Notes under the pieces: generated by a model | The model's database searches: none | The model's input: only the letters and a program-made list of their open reading frames with translations | What the model was told of the DNA's origin: nothing | In this document: positions 11,963-27,342 of the stretch, in pieces | Position numbering within the stretch: the first letter of the stretch is position 1 | Layout of the letters: the number at the start of each line of letters is the position of its first letter | Source: Eledone cirrhosa | Taxonomy: Eukaryota | Length of the DNA: 64,000 nucleotides | Assembly (NCBI GenBank): GCA_964016885.1 | Contig: OZ024750.1 | Span: forward strand, 44,020,001-44,084,000 | Reading direction: 5' to 3' | Made by a program: the position numbers and the translations under genes

Positions 11963-12035
<73 letters not shown>

Positions 12036-12292
12036 CTATCAATATACATATGTATATATATATATGCATACATATACATCTATTTATGATCAGACTGAAG
12101 CACACATATATATGTATATGTGGGTGAGTGAATGATGAATGTGTTTACATATGTGTTTTCTATTTACGTTTTTCAATACCATTTATATATAAGATCAATT
12201 AAAATCCTTGAAGAAGTTGCTCCAGCACGGTCGCACGCTGATGACTAAAATCAGTAAACGAATAAAATATTCTTTATCCACAATATAATACT

Positions 12293-12746
12293 CATTTCTA
12301 ACCTAGGCACATGACCAACAAACATAGATTGGGGGGGGGGGGGGGGGGCTTGAATGAATCAACCCTCAGTGCGATACTAGCACAATATTCTATCGACCCC
12401 GCGAGGAGGAAAAGTAAAGCTAAACTCAGCGGGATTTGAATGGAGAAAGTCATAACTAAATACCAGAAAGAGTTTTGTCCGACCCTCTACCGAAACTGCC
12501 AATCCACCGCCCTTACTGAAATAACCAGGTTCTACTAATACTTGTTTCTACTTTAGGCACAAGGCCAGCAATTACCCCGTGCATTACTGGTACTTTTATT
12601 TTATCGACCCCGTAAGGATGAAAGGCAAAGTCAACCTCGGCGGGATTTGAATTCAGATCGTAAAGGGACGTAACTATGCTGGAAAGCATGGCGTCCGACT
12701 CTCTACCGATACTGCCAATCCACCGCCAATCCACCGCCAATCCACC
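12293..12746 (-). mobile_element. Two SINE S1 copies (old 12293-12512, young 12542-12746)
   Basis: TSD ccaggttctactaatact on both sides of the young copy. Confidence 0.85.
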
Positions 12747-12977
12747 CAGGTTCTACTAATACTGCCAACCTACCACGCTCTCTACTGAAATAACCAGTTT
12801 CTACAACACAATCAAATCTACACATCAAATATTTCACTATATCTATATTACACAGAAGTTGCGTTTATTTCATTAAAATACGTATGAATCACACGACACA
12901 AACACTACATAAATTATGTGGTAATGAAAGTGTTAAATCCACCATTCCATGCTCCAGGGGAGAAATTATATAATCGA

Positions 12978-14865
<1,888 letters not shown>

Positions 14866-14903
14866 GTGTGTGTGCGTGTGTGTATATATAAAAGGACGTT
14901 ACA

Positions 14904-14945
<42 letters not shown>

Positions 14946-15556
14946 GTAGAGTTACACTGTGTATGTGTGTGTCTACGTATATATATATATATATATATAA
15001 TGTAGTGTGTAATAACTGAAAAAGGAATATAAACGAAGTGATTCTGTGAGATGCATGATATTAATAATTTGATCGAAACCTTCGATGAAGATGAATACAA
15101 TCAGACTAAAAATTATAAGAGAAGATAGTAGACGTATATTAGATTAAATAGATCAGTATTTGGTGTCGAATGGGAATGACCCTTAACCTATATAACCCTA
15201 CATATTTAAATGCATGAACAGGAAATATTTCCAATGACATTTTTTACATTCTTTCCTCTGTATTTTTACAAAGAAACCTCTCCTCTTTCCTAAAATACAT
15301 TTGATCTTGTCGTAAAGTCACAAAATATATGAATTTCGCCTTTAAGAAAAATAAGAATAACCATAAAACTCTCAGGAAGCAATATAGCAAGCCATCTCAT
15401 TACTCCAAGTGGACAATGCTGGATGCAAATGGACGTTCTTTTTATTCAATCGCCATTTCCATTTCCAGAAAAATTACATTAGATTCGATTGTTAAATATG
15501 GATATTTTTCAAAATACTGATCACCATTTGTCAGTGCGATCTTCGTGCATACATAA

Positions 15557-15963
15557 TTGTGGATTGGTGGATTCTTTAAAGTGTCGAACTTGTAGTATTT
15601 CTTTCGGCCCTTTATTCCGAGTTCAAATCCGCCCGGAGTTAATTTTGCCCTTCATCAAGAGGTCGATGAATAAAGTACAAGTCATGTACTATGGTTCATT
15701 TTTTTTTGTCTTACTCCTTACCTGAAGTAACTAGATTTGTGCCTAAATGACATATTATTATTCCTAAAGGGCGGGGAATTGGCTGTATCGGTAGAGCGTC
15801 ACACGCCATGCTTTGCAGCATAGATTTATGGCCCTTTACGTTCTGAGTTCAAATCCCGCCGAGGTTAACTTTGCCTTTCATCCTTACGTGGACAATAAAA
15901 TAAAGTACCAGTAATACACTGGAGTAATTGCTGGCCTTGTGCCAAAAGTAGAAACAATTATTA
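15557..15963 (+). mobile_element. Two tandem SINE S1 copies
   Basis: Diverged copy ~15557-15762 and better copy ~15768-15963. Confidence 0.8.
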
Positions 15964-16150
15964 CTCCTAATGATACATTGAAGTCCACTAAGTCGTATTG
16001 CGTTAACAAAATGTTATCTTCTTTCCGTTCTTCCCTGAGTCCTCAACTTTTGATGGAATCATAAAGATGGCGTCGAGAGATAGTCTTGACTACCTTACGG
16101 CTGGAGAAGTCCATTCCTCTTCAGATCTGAAAGCTGTTCATTCTTTAATG

Positions 16151-16198
<48 letters not shown>

Positions 16199-16201
<3 letters not shown>

Positions 16202-16313
16202 TTGAAAAAAAATGAAAACGAAATTTCATTTCTCACTCTTAGTATGGCACTTACTTAAATGTAATTATGTATGTATACGTACATACATATATGTATACAG
16301 ACGTACAGTAGCA

Positions 16314-16384
<71 letters not shown>

Positions 16385-16822
16385 GCATACAGGTACACAT
16401 ACATATATGCACGCATCAGTTTAGCCGACGTTTATTATAACGTCGCTTTGTTCGTTTGTTTGTCAACAAACCGAACAGCCTGAATTTATGCCATACGGTG
16501 TTAAGGCAACCACGTCACCTTTTTGTTCAACACTGACACAGGAACGATGTACTAGTTTCAAGCTTGTTAGCTATCATCAGCACCGTTTACCCATCTGCCA
16601 GATAGTTGAACGTTCGAAAGTATATACTTTCCTTATGAAAATTAACGGCTGAGCAGCCTAATTTGCATATTGAGTGAGTTAAATCGGTCAGGCATACCGA
16701 AAACGATAAGTTGAAAAAAAATGAAAACGAAATTTCATTTCTCACTCTTAGTATGGCACTTACTTAAATGTAAGTATGTATGTATACGTACATACATATA
16801 TGTATACAGACGTACAGTAGCA

Positions 16823-16914
<92 letters not shown>

Positions 16915-17093
16915 TATACACATATGCATACAGGTACACATACATATATGCACGCATCAGTTTAGCCGACGTATGGCATAAATTCAGGCTGTTCGGTTTG
17001 TTGACAAACAAACGAACAAAGCGACGTTATAATAAACGTCGGCTAAACTGATGCGTGCATATATGTATGTGAACCTGTATGCATACGTGTATA

Positions 17094-17151
<58 letters not shown>

Positions 17152-17209
17152 TGCTACTGTACGTCTGTATACATATATGTACGTACGTATACATACATAC
17201 TTACATTTA
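16199..17209. mobile_element. Partial tandem (509-bp period) plus inverted copy, carrying an internal (TA)n
   Basis: 16201-16430 repeated at 16710-16971; 16970-17209 is the reverse complement of ~16256-16497. Confidence 0.7.
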
Positions 17210-17221
17210 TATATATATATA

Positions 17222-17426
17222 TATAGGAACGAGTAGGATCCCGACGGCTGAGCTCAAGCCGTTTCGACGGCAAATTCTGGACTAAATTTAGTCCAGAATT
17301 AGCCGTCGAAACGGCTTGAGCTCAGCCGTCGGTGTCCTACTCGTTCCTATTACCCACTCTACTACCCTCAGTATTGAGTACTTTGGTGCGTTATGGTCCA
17401 CCTGTTTCCTTACCACATTTCCTTCG

Positions 17427-17430
<4 letters not shown>
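17222..17430 (+). mobile_element. Family I foldback mini-element (palindrome plus tail)
   Basis: ~64-bp arms around ctaaa|tttag (17286/17287); gaaacggcttgagctcagccgtc = HHR stem III plus GUC; (TA)n on both sides. Confidence 0.8.
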
Positions 17431-17509
<79 letters not shown>

Positions 17510-17613
17510 ATGAGTTAGAGACTTTGTTGATATGTACTCAACAGAGTTATGTTAATAACAAATATGAAGCACTCGACAGTTACATTTTTTCGGAGAATTA
17601 TAATTGTAATAGT

Positions 17614-17801
17614 AATTGTTTCTACTTTAGGCACAAGGCCAGCAATAACCCAGTGCATTACTGGTACTTTATTTTATCGACCCCGTAAGGATGAAAGGCA
17701 AAGTAAACCTCGGCCAGATTTGAACTCAGGCCGTAAAGGGACGTAACTATGCTGGAAAGCATGGCGTCCGACCCTCTACCGATACTGCCAATTCACCGCC
17801 C
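17614..17801 (-). mobile_element. SINE S1
   Basis: Full match; TSD tgtaatagtaat. Confidence 0.9.
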
Positions 17802-17881
17802 TGTAATAGTAATAAATGGAATATATATCACGTGAATGCGATCTTTTATGAGTATGTCAGATTTGTATACATATAATATTG

Positions 17882-17942
17882 TATTTTGTCTGAAGAAGAC
17901 ATACTATAACTCAGTAACCCCTGAATTATATATAACGAAATA
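17882..17942 (+). ncRNA. Degenerate minimal hammerhead motif
   Basis: tattttgt-ctgaaga-...-gaat-tatata-ta-acgaaata; stem I fully paired, GAAA changed to GAAT. Confidence 0.55.
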
Positions 17943-17983
17943 AATCATGATGCTATAGTGATATATTTTCCATTTATTACTAT

Positions 17984-18043
<60 letters not shown>

Positions 18044-18373
18044 GAGAGAGAGAGAGCGAAATAAATAGGTTGGTAGGTAGTTAGATACATAGACAGGTAG
18101 AAAGTTAAATAGATATCTAGAAATCTAGAGGGAAAGAGAGAATGGAAAGAAGATGAAGATATAAAGCCCCACAAGACACCTTGAAAGGTCAGTTGGTAAA
18201 GTTGATATTTCGTTGTATTTAAACTGGGAACTCAGAGAATCAGAACGGATACTGCAAAGTATTCCGTCCCTGGCTATGTTGACTATCAATTCACTGCCAT
18301 TCACTCACAACAAATGTTATTAATCGTTCAGCTACATGATTAATACATATTTAATACATATTTAATCGCAAGG

Positions 18374-18514
18374 CTCGCAGTATATTGTAGAGCATCAGAT
18401 ACCATGCTTTGCAGCATGGAGTTATGGTCCTTTACGTTCAGAGTTCAAATCCCGCCGAGGTTAGCTTTGCCTTTCATTCTTACGGGAGCGATAACATACA
18501 GTACCAGTAATACA
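18374..18514 (+). mobile_element. SINE S1, partial
   Basis: gagttcaaatcccgccgaggttagctttgcctttcattcttacggg. Confidence 0.75.
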
Positions 18515-18519
18515 CTTCG

Positions 18520-19074
18520 GTAGATGGATGCAAAGTCATTTACATTCATGTTAACCTCGGATACTCTAATGTAACATCCCTAAAATCGGTTTCATGAACG
18601 CTGGCCGCTCAAGAAAACCGTAGACTAAAAGTATACATATGGGGTGATCGGCAAAGATCAAGAGCATCACTCGTCTCCTTCTATCTTATATACAAAATCT
18701 CGAAATAGCTTCTTAACCGTGGATAGCCTCGAGCATGCACAATGGGGGGCTTACCGGTTGGAAAAGTGGACGGAGAGTGACCGCCGTCCACCTAACGCGG
18801 CCTTACCAAGCCCAAATGAAAGCCTCCCCAATGGAAAATCTCTTAGCAGAAAGGACTGGGTAACCCTAAACAGAATCAGAGCCAAAACGGGCAAAACTGG
18901 AGACAACCTCCACAAGTGGCGACTGGCCCCCTGCGGCGGGACCTCCCAGACCATAGCCCACAACCTCCGTGGGTGTTCACTGGGACCCACATGCTCCGAC
19001 CAAGACCTGATGGAACAAACGACGCTGCACTTCAATGGAACGGCACTGGCGCGACAAGATATGATGATGATGAT
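18520..19074 (+). pseudogene. 5'-truncated non-LTR retrotransposon 3' end, Ingi/Vingi-like
   Basis: KSRNSF and WVTLNRIRAKTGK...LHKW...PCG...QTIAH...C match the C-terminal WxxLNRLRTG..KW..CxCG..QT..H...C region; ends in a (TGA)n tail. Confidence 0.65.
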
Positions 19075-19693
19075 ATACAAACTAGACTGGGAAATTTTAT
19101 TAGAGGCAAAATAGAAAGAAAAAAAAATGACATTATGTGATTCACAATGTGATGTTTCCATAGTAGAGACAACCATAGTAGAGATAAAGAGAGGATTAAA
19201 AGAGTAGAAATGGAGGACACAGCATGAAGATGAACTAGTGGTTGGGCAGAGAGATGGGTAATAAGGTTATAATTAAATGGGTATCAGTCTGTAGGATGAC
19301 CTTATTTTTAGATGTAGACCATAAGGGTGTGTGAACGGAGATATAACATGTCCCTAAAGCACACAACAATTAATGGACTGATCATCATAGGAACCTCCCA
19401 GGAAACTTCTAATCGAAGAGATGATACGCTGGAAGAAGCCACAGGCAGACAATCTAGTTAAGAGGTGTTTGAGTCTGACACCATTGAAGGAGTTTTCGGA
19501 TCAAAGCTCGGTGGTTAGTCATTTTCATGTTTATTAATTACAGAAAAAGATGGGAGGTCGCTTGTAAATCGATGGGATTCCTGGGAAGAACGAACTGAGA
19601 GATACCCTGAAGTAGGAAACAGCTAAGGTCCTGAGAATTCACACCAATAATCCATCCCCGTCGCCCTCCCTATCTGTCTCTTTCTCTCTTACT

Positions 19694-19828
<135 letters not shown>

Positions 19829-19939
19829 TGTATTTATACATACGTTTATATATATGTTTGTATATTATATACGTATATATATACACACGCATATACGTAT
19901 ATTTATATATAAATATTGTATATATATATATATATATAT

Positions 19940-20130
19940 AACAAAGGTGTGGTAAGATACCAGGTGGACCATAACGGACCAGAGTACTCGATACTTAGAG
20001 TAGTAGAGTGGGTAATAGGAAACGAGTCAGAACCCCGACGGCAGAGCTCCGGCCTTTTAGACAGCTAGATTCGAACTAGCTGTCGAAATGGCCGGAGCTC
20101 AACCGTCGGGGCCCTGACTCTTTTCCTATA
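19940..20130 (-). mobile_element. Family I foldback mini-element (variant subfamily)
   Basis: Tail on left; palindrome centred on gacagctag-attcgaa-ctagctgtc. Confidence 0.8.
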
Positions 20131-20611
20131 AATATATATATATATATATATATAGTAATAATACATTTAAAGACTAAAATCCAATGGGGGCTCGATAAGA
20201 ATAAATATATATCAAATATATGAGAAACCTAGAGCAAATATTTATTAAAATATTTTAATAAATATATATATATATATATATATACATACACATACGTACA
20301 TATAAACTTATACACATATGTAGTAACAACCCTTTATAAGCCCCCACGCTCTTACACATACATAGACACTCACATATTCACTACTGTCGCGATCTTTCCT
20401 GATTCAGTCGAAGAAGACTTGGAATTTTATTCATGGCCAGCTTAAATTGTTCGATGGAGGATTTAATTATATTTCAATTAAAAAAATTCCATATACATGC
20501 ACACATGTGTATATTATCACTCATACACTGTTCATTTTCCTGATGTTTGTGCATTACCCTATGTACTATACATACACTTTTGATGAGTTGTAGTGCACCT
20601 GAGCACTGTAC

Positions 20612-20725
<114 letters not shown>

Positions 20726-20854
20726 CATGTAGAGAAGTGTATCTACTGTGACGATTGACTAGTCATATAGTTGGTATGTAGTGTATCTCAAACTACGACA
20801 TATACTCAAGATCAAATATACATTCCCACATATATATACATATATATATATATG

Positions 20855-20902
<48 letters not shown>

Positions 20903-21024
20903 TATATTATATTATATTATATGTATATTATATTATGTTTATATATTTTATATATATATATATATATATATGCATGCATATATATATATATATGCATATA
21001 TATATATCCATATATATATATGCA

Positions 21025-21056
<32 letters not shown>

Positions 21057-21154
21057 CATATATATATGCATACATACATACATACATATATATATATATG
21101 TACATATACATGTATATCTCTAATGACTTGATTTTTTATTTCATTGTTTTAACT

Positions 21155-21188
<34 letters not shown>

Positions 21189-22763
21189 TGTATATATATG
21201 CGTGTGTTTGTATGTATGTATATATATGCGTGTGTGTGTATGTATGTATATGTATATATACACATATATAAAACGTTTCGCTGCATATATCACAAATCTT
21301 CTGCAACTCTCCATTTAGGAAGGAAACTTAGGCACTTAAATATTTCAAGAAAGTAAATACTGTTGCCATTGTAGCAATATACTGCAGATAATAGCCAGCA
21401 CACAACCCTTCACTTGCATGCAAATGGTTGCACATATTTTAAGATTACAAAGACGAAAACCAAAAGTTCAAGACATTATTAACCCCGTCACATAAAAAAA
21501 AATCGAAGAAAAAAAAGATACATAAATGTGATAGCATGGATTTAATCTAGTGTATTATACTCCAAGAACGGACAATAATATTTCCTTAAAAGCAGAACTA
21601 GAATATCAGTGAGGAAAGGATACTAACATTTTAAAAGAACCAAGAAAAAGACACACATATAACATTAGAGTACAAAAGATTGAAGGAAAGATAGGGAAAG
21701 ATAAGATAAAACCAAAGGAAAAGTTAACGAAAAAAATTTCTTTATAAATTTATCCTTTATTTCTATGGAGAAGAATATGGTTGACAAGTGACATCTCCCA
21801 ATGGGGAAACGTGGCTTCGGTCGTGTTTCTTTATTTCACGATAAATACGTCATTTGTTTCGTCCGGTACTGCGTTTAAATTACCGGTAGAAATTGCTTTA
21901 CGGCAATCTTTCATTAAATATGGCACCGGGGAGAGATTGACTTTTGATCCGATTCGCAACTGGTGACCAACGGCCATTCACTGTGATTGATATCCACAAC
22001 AAAAGGTTTTTATAATCAAAACCTGACGGGAGAGTTCATATACGGTTAATGAAGAGGCAGCAGAGAGTGCGAAACCTGCTGCGATGGAGAATAAATAGAT
22101 CATGGACACGCACACATGCACGCACAAACACGCAAACATACACACACTAACACACACCCACACACACACACTAATACACTTACACCAACACACGCATAAA
22201 CATAGATACCCTCATTCACACACAAACGTAAACAGTTATACACTTAGAGATACACATACACACGCATATAGGCATTAACCCAGACACTAACACACGCACA
22301 CAAATACACAAACATACATTAACACACACAGACACTAACACACACAGACACTAACACCGACACCAACACTAACACACACACCGACACCAACACTAACACA
22401 CACACCGACACCAACACTAACACACACACCGACACACGCGTAAATAAAAATACCCTCATTCACACACAAACATAAACACACACACACTCACAGATACACA
22501 TACACACACATAGACGCATGCACACATATACGTGTGCGCATGTATGTATATGTATGTGTGTGTATACGTTTGTATTTATGTGCATGTATATATACACATA
22601 TATACGCATATATACACATATATATCATATATATACCCATATATATATACATATACATATATATATATTTATATATAATTTACAAATTTATATATATGTA
22701 TGCATGTATGTATGTATGCATGTATTTATGTGTGTATATACACACACATAGGCATATATATAC

Positions 22764-22847
<84 letters not shown>

Positions 22848-22853
<6 letters not shown>

Positions 22854-23873
22854 ATACTTTGGGAGGGTCATGTTGCTAATATGAAACCAATAAGAAACAC
22901 ACGCACCAGTGATTTCCCTTCAATTTATTAAATTTTCGGTTGGTTGGTTAGTTCTATAACTGGTTGTTCACATATTGTCAAAGTTCTTTCGTCACACATT
23001 CTGTGACCGCTTCAGTGACTGGGGATTCTTTTCTTTATTTTTTATTTTGTGTCTCTCCTTTGTTCTGTCCTACGCCATCTTGTTTTTGTGTGTGTTTGGT
23101 GCTTAGTTTGCGCATGTGTTACATCCGGGTGTCTGTGTGTGTTTTTATTTGTTTATTTATTTGTTTATTTACATGTCACTAGTTGGTTGTTTGTTCAATG
23201 TGTGTGATATATATATACATATATACATGCATACATACATATATAAGCATTTTTTTTGTTTTGTTTTGTGTGTGTTTGTATGTTTTCATTTTGTCCTTCA
23301 TTATAAGTTGTGATGTTGCTATTCCATTCATGTTTTTCTATTTAATTTTGGTTGGAGTTCATTTATGCTTATTGCCTCTGTGATTTGTCTAAACATTGCA
23401 TCTTTGCTGTTTCGGATCACATCAAAATCAACATACTGATTGCGGATTTAGTGAGGGTGATGAGAAACGTGTCCCGCATGTGCAACCCCAAAGAATTAGA
23501 GAGACACATACAATATTTTATCCACCGTATGCAGTTCTCTGCCTACAATCAGAGAGGCAAAATCAGAGTATATAGAGGAGCCAGAACCAAATGGGAAAAA
23601 ATGGTAGATAATGATACAAATGGGACCTGCCCCTTGTATAGGAGCAAATTTTGGAATAGAATAGAAAGAACTGGGAATAAGGTTAATAAAATAAACTCAT
23701 GGTATGATAGCAATAAATACCAGAGTGTAATGTTCATCGATACAACCCCTAGAGGTGAACTATCTTACAAATTTAGAAGGGCCCTAGATAAACTTAAACT
23801 AAATATTAAGATAGTGGAAAGACCAGGTACCTCCATAAAAACACTAATTAGCAATACATACCTTTTTCAAAGT

Positions 23874-23876
<3 letters not shown>
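22848..23876. mobile_element. (TA)n-flanked PLE insertion: inverted 3' UTR/HHR/tail joined to an ORF fragment
   Basis: Minus-strand gtca-ctgaagc-ggtcaca...tgtgac-gaaa-gaac-tt-tgac at 22977-23019; plus-strand ORF fragment 23400-23876. Confidence 0.7.
23400..23876 (+). pseudogene. Penelope-like element protein fragment (RT thumb/linker before the GIY-YIG domain), Neptune-like
   Basis: IKINILIADLVRVMRNVS...HIQYFIHRMQFSAY...PLYRSKFWNR...SVMFIDTTP...KIVERPGTSIKTLI fits my recollection of the PLE post-RT region; ~158 uninterrupted codons. Confidence 0.7.
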
Positions 23877-23923
<47 letters not shown>

Positions 23924-24359
23924 GACTTTAACCAAAGATTTATACGGACGATATGTTAACTTCATCCAATGATACATTTGATTATTTCTCCCCCACTCTC
24001 GTTTCCCCATTCTCTCTCTCCCCCTCTCATCCCCCCTCTCTCCCCCAATCTCATCTCACCCTCCCTCTCCCTCACTCTCATCTCACCCTCCCTCTCTCTC
24101 CCCCACTCTCATCTCCCCCTCTCTCTCACCACAATTTCATCTACCCCTCCCTCTCTATCCCCCACTCTCATCTCCACTTCTCTGTCTCTACCCCACTCTC
24201 ATCTCCCCCTCTCTCTCTCCTCCTCTCCCACCTCTGTCATTGACCCAATCTGCTGCCATTTAACACCTATTATCTGCTCCGCTGTACATGTGCACACACG
24301 TGCAACTGCAAGTGTCACAGATTGCCAGCGTAAATATATGAGTGTATCAATGTATCTCC

Positions 24360-24398
<39 letters not shown>

Positions 24399-25049
24399 CC
24401 TCTCTTTCTCTCATTACTTCTTTCTCTGTATATATATATATATATATATATATTACTATATATATATATATAATATTATATATATATATATATATACATA
24501 CATACATACACAAAAGCGCTCGCACGTGCACACACGGAAACTCACTCTCTTTCTCGCTCTTACACAAACTCTCTCTCTCACACACACGCGCGCGCGCGCG
24601 CACATATCTACATATATGTATACATTCGTGTCTGTATGTGTATATATTTGTATGTGTACAGTGTGTATAAAAATATTTATAAGTATGTATATATATATAT
24701 ATGTCTACATATATTCGTACATTTGTGTTTGTGTTTGCAGGTGTATATGTTCATCTTAGTACGTTGTTTACTGCTCCAGTGCTGCAAGGGGCACGTGACA
24801 CGTGACGGCGCTCTTTATCTTCCATTAAATCCTCCAAGGTTTATCGTACTCCTTCATCATCTTATATTAGTCCATCTCTTCATACTTGTTGTCTTCCGTC
24901 CTATTGATGCTGTCTTTTCTTCTAGCCAAGTTGTACAGCTACCATGCTTTATTCTTTTCGGTATTTTGTCTCTCTATTTCCTTCTCTCCCCACTCTGTCT
25001 CTCTTTATATATATATATATATATACATACATACATACATATATATATA

Positions 25050-25114
<65 letters not shown>

Positions 25115-25172
25115 ATATATATATGTATATATACATATATATATATGTATATATATGTATATATATATATAT

Positions 25173-25331
25173 ATAAGGAAAGAATTGTGAGGAGGTATCA
25201 TATGGACCATAACACACCAGAGTACTCAATACTCAGGGTAGTAGAGTGGGAAATAGGAAAAAGTATGACCCCGACGGCAGAGCTCAAGCCGTTTCGACGG
25301 CTATGGTCTAGCTGGTTTTTACCACATCCTA

Positions 25332-25337
<6 letters not shown>
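25173..25337 (-). mobile_element. Family I element, junction variant
   Basis: Tail plus pseudo-LTR end (minus) up to gacggcta, then a plus-oriented tail end. Confidence 0.75.
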
Positions 25338-25408
<71 letters not shown>

Positions 25409-25420
25409 CATATATATATA

Positions 25421-25508
<88 letters not shown>

Positions 25509-26044
25509 TACATATATATATATATATATTTATATGGAGAAAATAAATTAAACAGATAAAATAATAATTCATTTAAGAGGAAAAGATAAATGATTTAAAC
25601 ACAGAAACATGCACAAACATGCATACAAACACACACACACATATATATATGTATATATACACCTTCTTACATATATCTATATATATATATATGCATGCGC
25701 ATAAACATACATACACACGTACAAACATACATACGTAGTTACATACATACGAAGTTACATTCATAGACAAATGTACACATACATACACATATGCACACAT
25801 ACACGCATACATACATACATACATACATACATACACACATACAGGTTTAGAGGGTCTGCAACTGCGCATGTGCATGTGTTTATACAAAGCAAATAAATCG
25901 AAAGCCTTGTGTGCAACATACGCCTTTGAAAGGACAAGAGTAGACAATCTGTTCACTTGTAATCTGATATTAACGGAGACGATACAACAGCAACAGAATA
26001 TGAGTACCATGGGATATATATCCATTGATATATATATATATATA

Positions 26045-26553
26045 TGGTGGCTGCCAACTCGTTATCGAGTACGGCCACTACTTTATATCCATGTAGGAGA
26101 ACCCCTACCGATGCGCTGAACGAGTGTGACTTTTTAGTCCAGCCAGCGACTTGAAAACTCTGGTACAAACACTGCACTTGTGACAATTATTGACACATAG
26201 TGCTGGGCCCATGGTACCATGTGACGACAAGTGCAGAGAGATCTCCAGATATAAAGCAATGCCATCATTGGATACCATCAGGGTTGCAGGTGTTATATCA
26301 GAGTCTTCATTCTCCTAGAATTCTGCCTTGACAAAGGCTAAGGGTCATCTCTCCCGGTGATTTTGGATGGCCATTGACTCCTAAGAGCTCCTTTGCCCTT
26401 TGACAGGTTTTGTTTTTAGTCCTGCAGGATGTCCAAAGTCACCCCCCTCACCAAAAAACCTTGGTGGGGTTGTCAGTTTAGTCGCCAACGACCCGACCAT
26501 GGGACAGGTTGTACTGGAATACATGTTACCAGTAGCAACAACTGGTGACCTGA
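26045..26553 (-). mobile_element. Internally deleted RTE-type element, copy 1
   Basis: Reverse complement of 42915-43520 lacking ~95 bp; encodes [25 protein letters not shown] at 26105-26182. Confidence 0.75.
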
Positions 26554-26569
26554 CATACATATATATATA

Positions 26570-26622
<53 letters not shown>

Positions 26623-26641
26623 ATATATGTATATACATACA

Positions 26642-26910
26642 GTGGAGGCACGTGACCTAGTGTTGGACTTACGATCATAATGTCATCGGCTCGATTCATG
26701 GGTTGCGTCTTGTGTTCTCGGGCTAAACACTTCATTTCACACTGCTCCAGTGTACTCAGCTGAAAATGAATACCAGCAATAGCTGTAGGTTTAACCCTGC
26801 GATGGACTGGCGTCCTGATCGGGGAGGGGGGGGGGGTCTTGTACTCTCAGTCGCTTCACGCCATGAAACTGGGATAAGCACCGGCCAATTGACCCTTCTG
26901 GATTAAGATA
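26642..26910 (+). mobile_element. Second tRNA-derived SINE family
   Basis: Degenerate tRNA-like head, ttgtgttctcgggctaaacactt domain, aaccctgcgatggactggcgtcc...agtcgcttcacgccatgaaactgggataagc tail; related head fragments (minus) at 1-76 and ~55660-55707. Confidence 0.6.
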
Positions 26911-26957
26911 GTCTTTAGACTTTTTTTTATATACATACATATATATTTCATATAACA

Positions 26958-27010
<53 letters not shown>

Positions 27011-27185
27011 TATGCGTGAGAGGGACCTCGTTTGTTGACCTCTGAATCTACGAACCAAGATAACTGTATCTAATACGTTGTATTAGAAGTTAAAGCTTCT
27101 TAACTTATTAGAGTTTCTCGTTGCCGGTTATTCAAACGATCGAAAATACACCATATGCAAAATTATTGAAATGTAATATAATAAG

Positions 27186-27342
27186 TGTTTCTACTTTTTG
27201 GCAGAAGGCCAGCACTTACCCAGTACATTGCTGGTACTTTATTTTATCGACCCCGTATGGATGAAAGGCAAACTTAACCTCGGCGGGATTTCAACTCAGA
27301 TCGTAAAGGGACGTAACTATGCTGGCAAGCATTTCCGACCCT
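27186..27342 (-). mobile_element. SINE S1, 5'-truncated
   Basis: Match to consensus. Confidence 0.85.

Larger units (their letters stand above)
17505..17986. mobile_element. Family E-related foldback HHR element interrupted by SINE S1
   Basis: Tail with gcactcgacagt; arms ~17803-17831 and ~17958-17986; HHR-like motif 17882-17942. Confidence 0.6.

Noticed and set aside
17222-17430. Tc1/mariner MITE interpretation of the TA-flanked inverted repeats
   Set aside because: Inverted repeats are not terminal on both sides (one-sided tail), junctions vary between copies, and HHR motifs are present.
19150-19510. Possible decayed RTE remnant or exon
   Set aside because: No continuous frame or clear motif.
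24790-24810. Tandem E-boxes cacgtgacacgtga
   Set aside because: Short motif in a CA/TG-rich background; no independent support.
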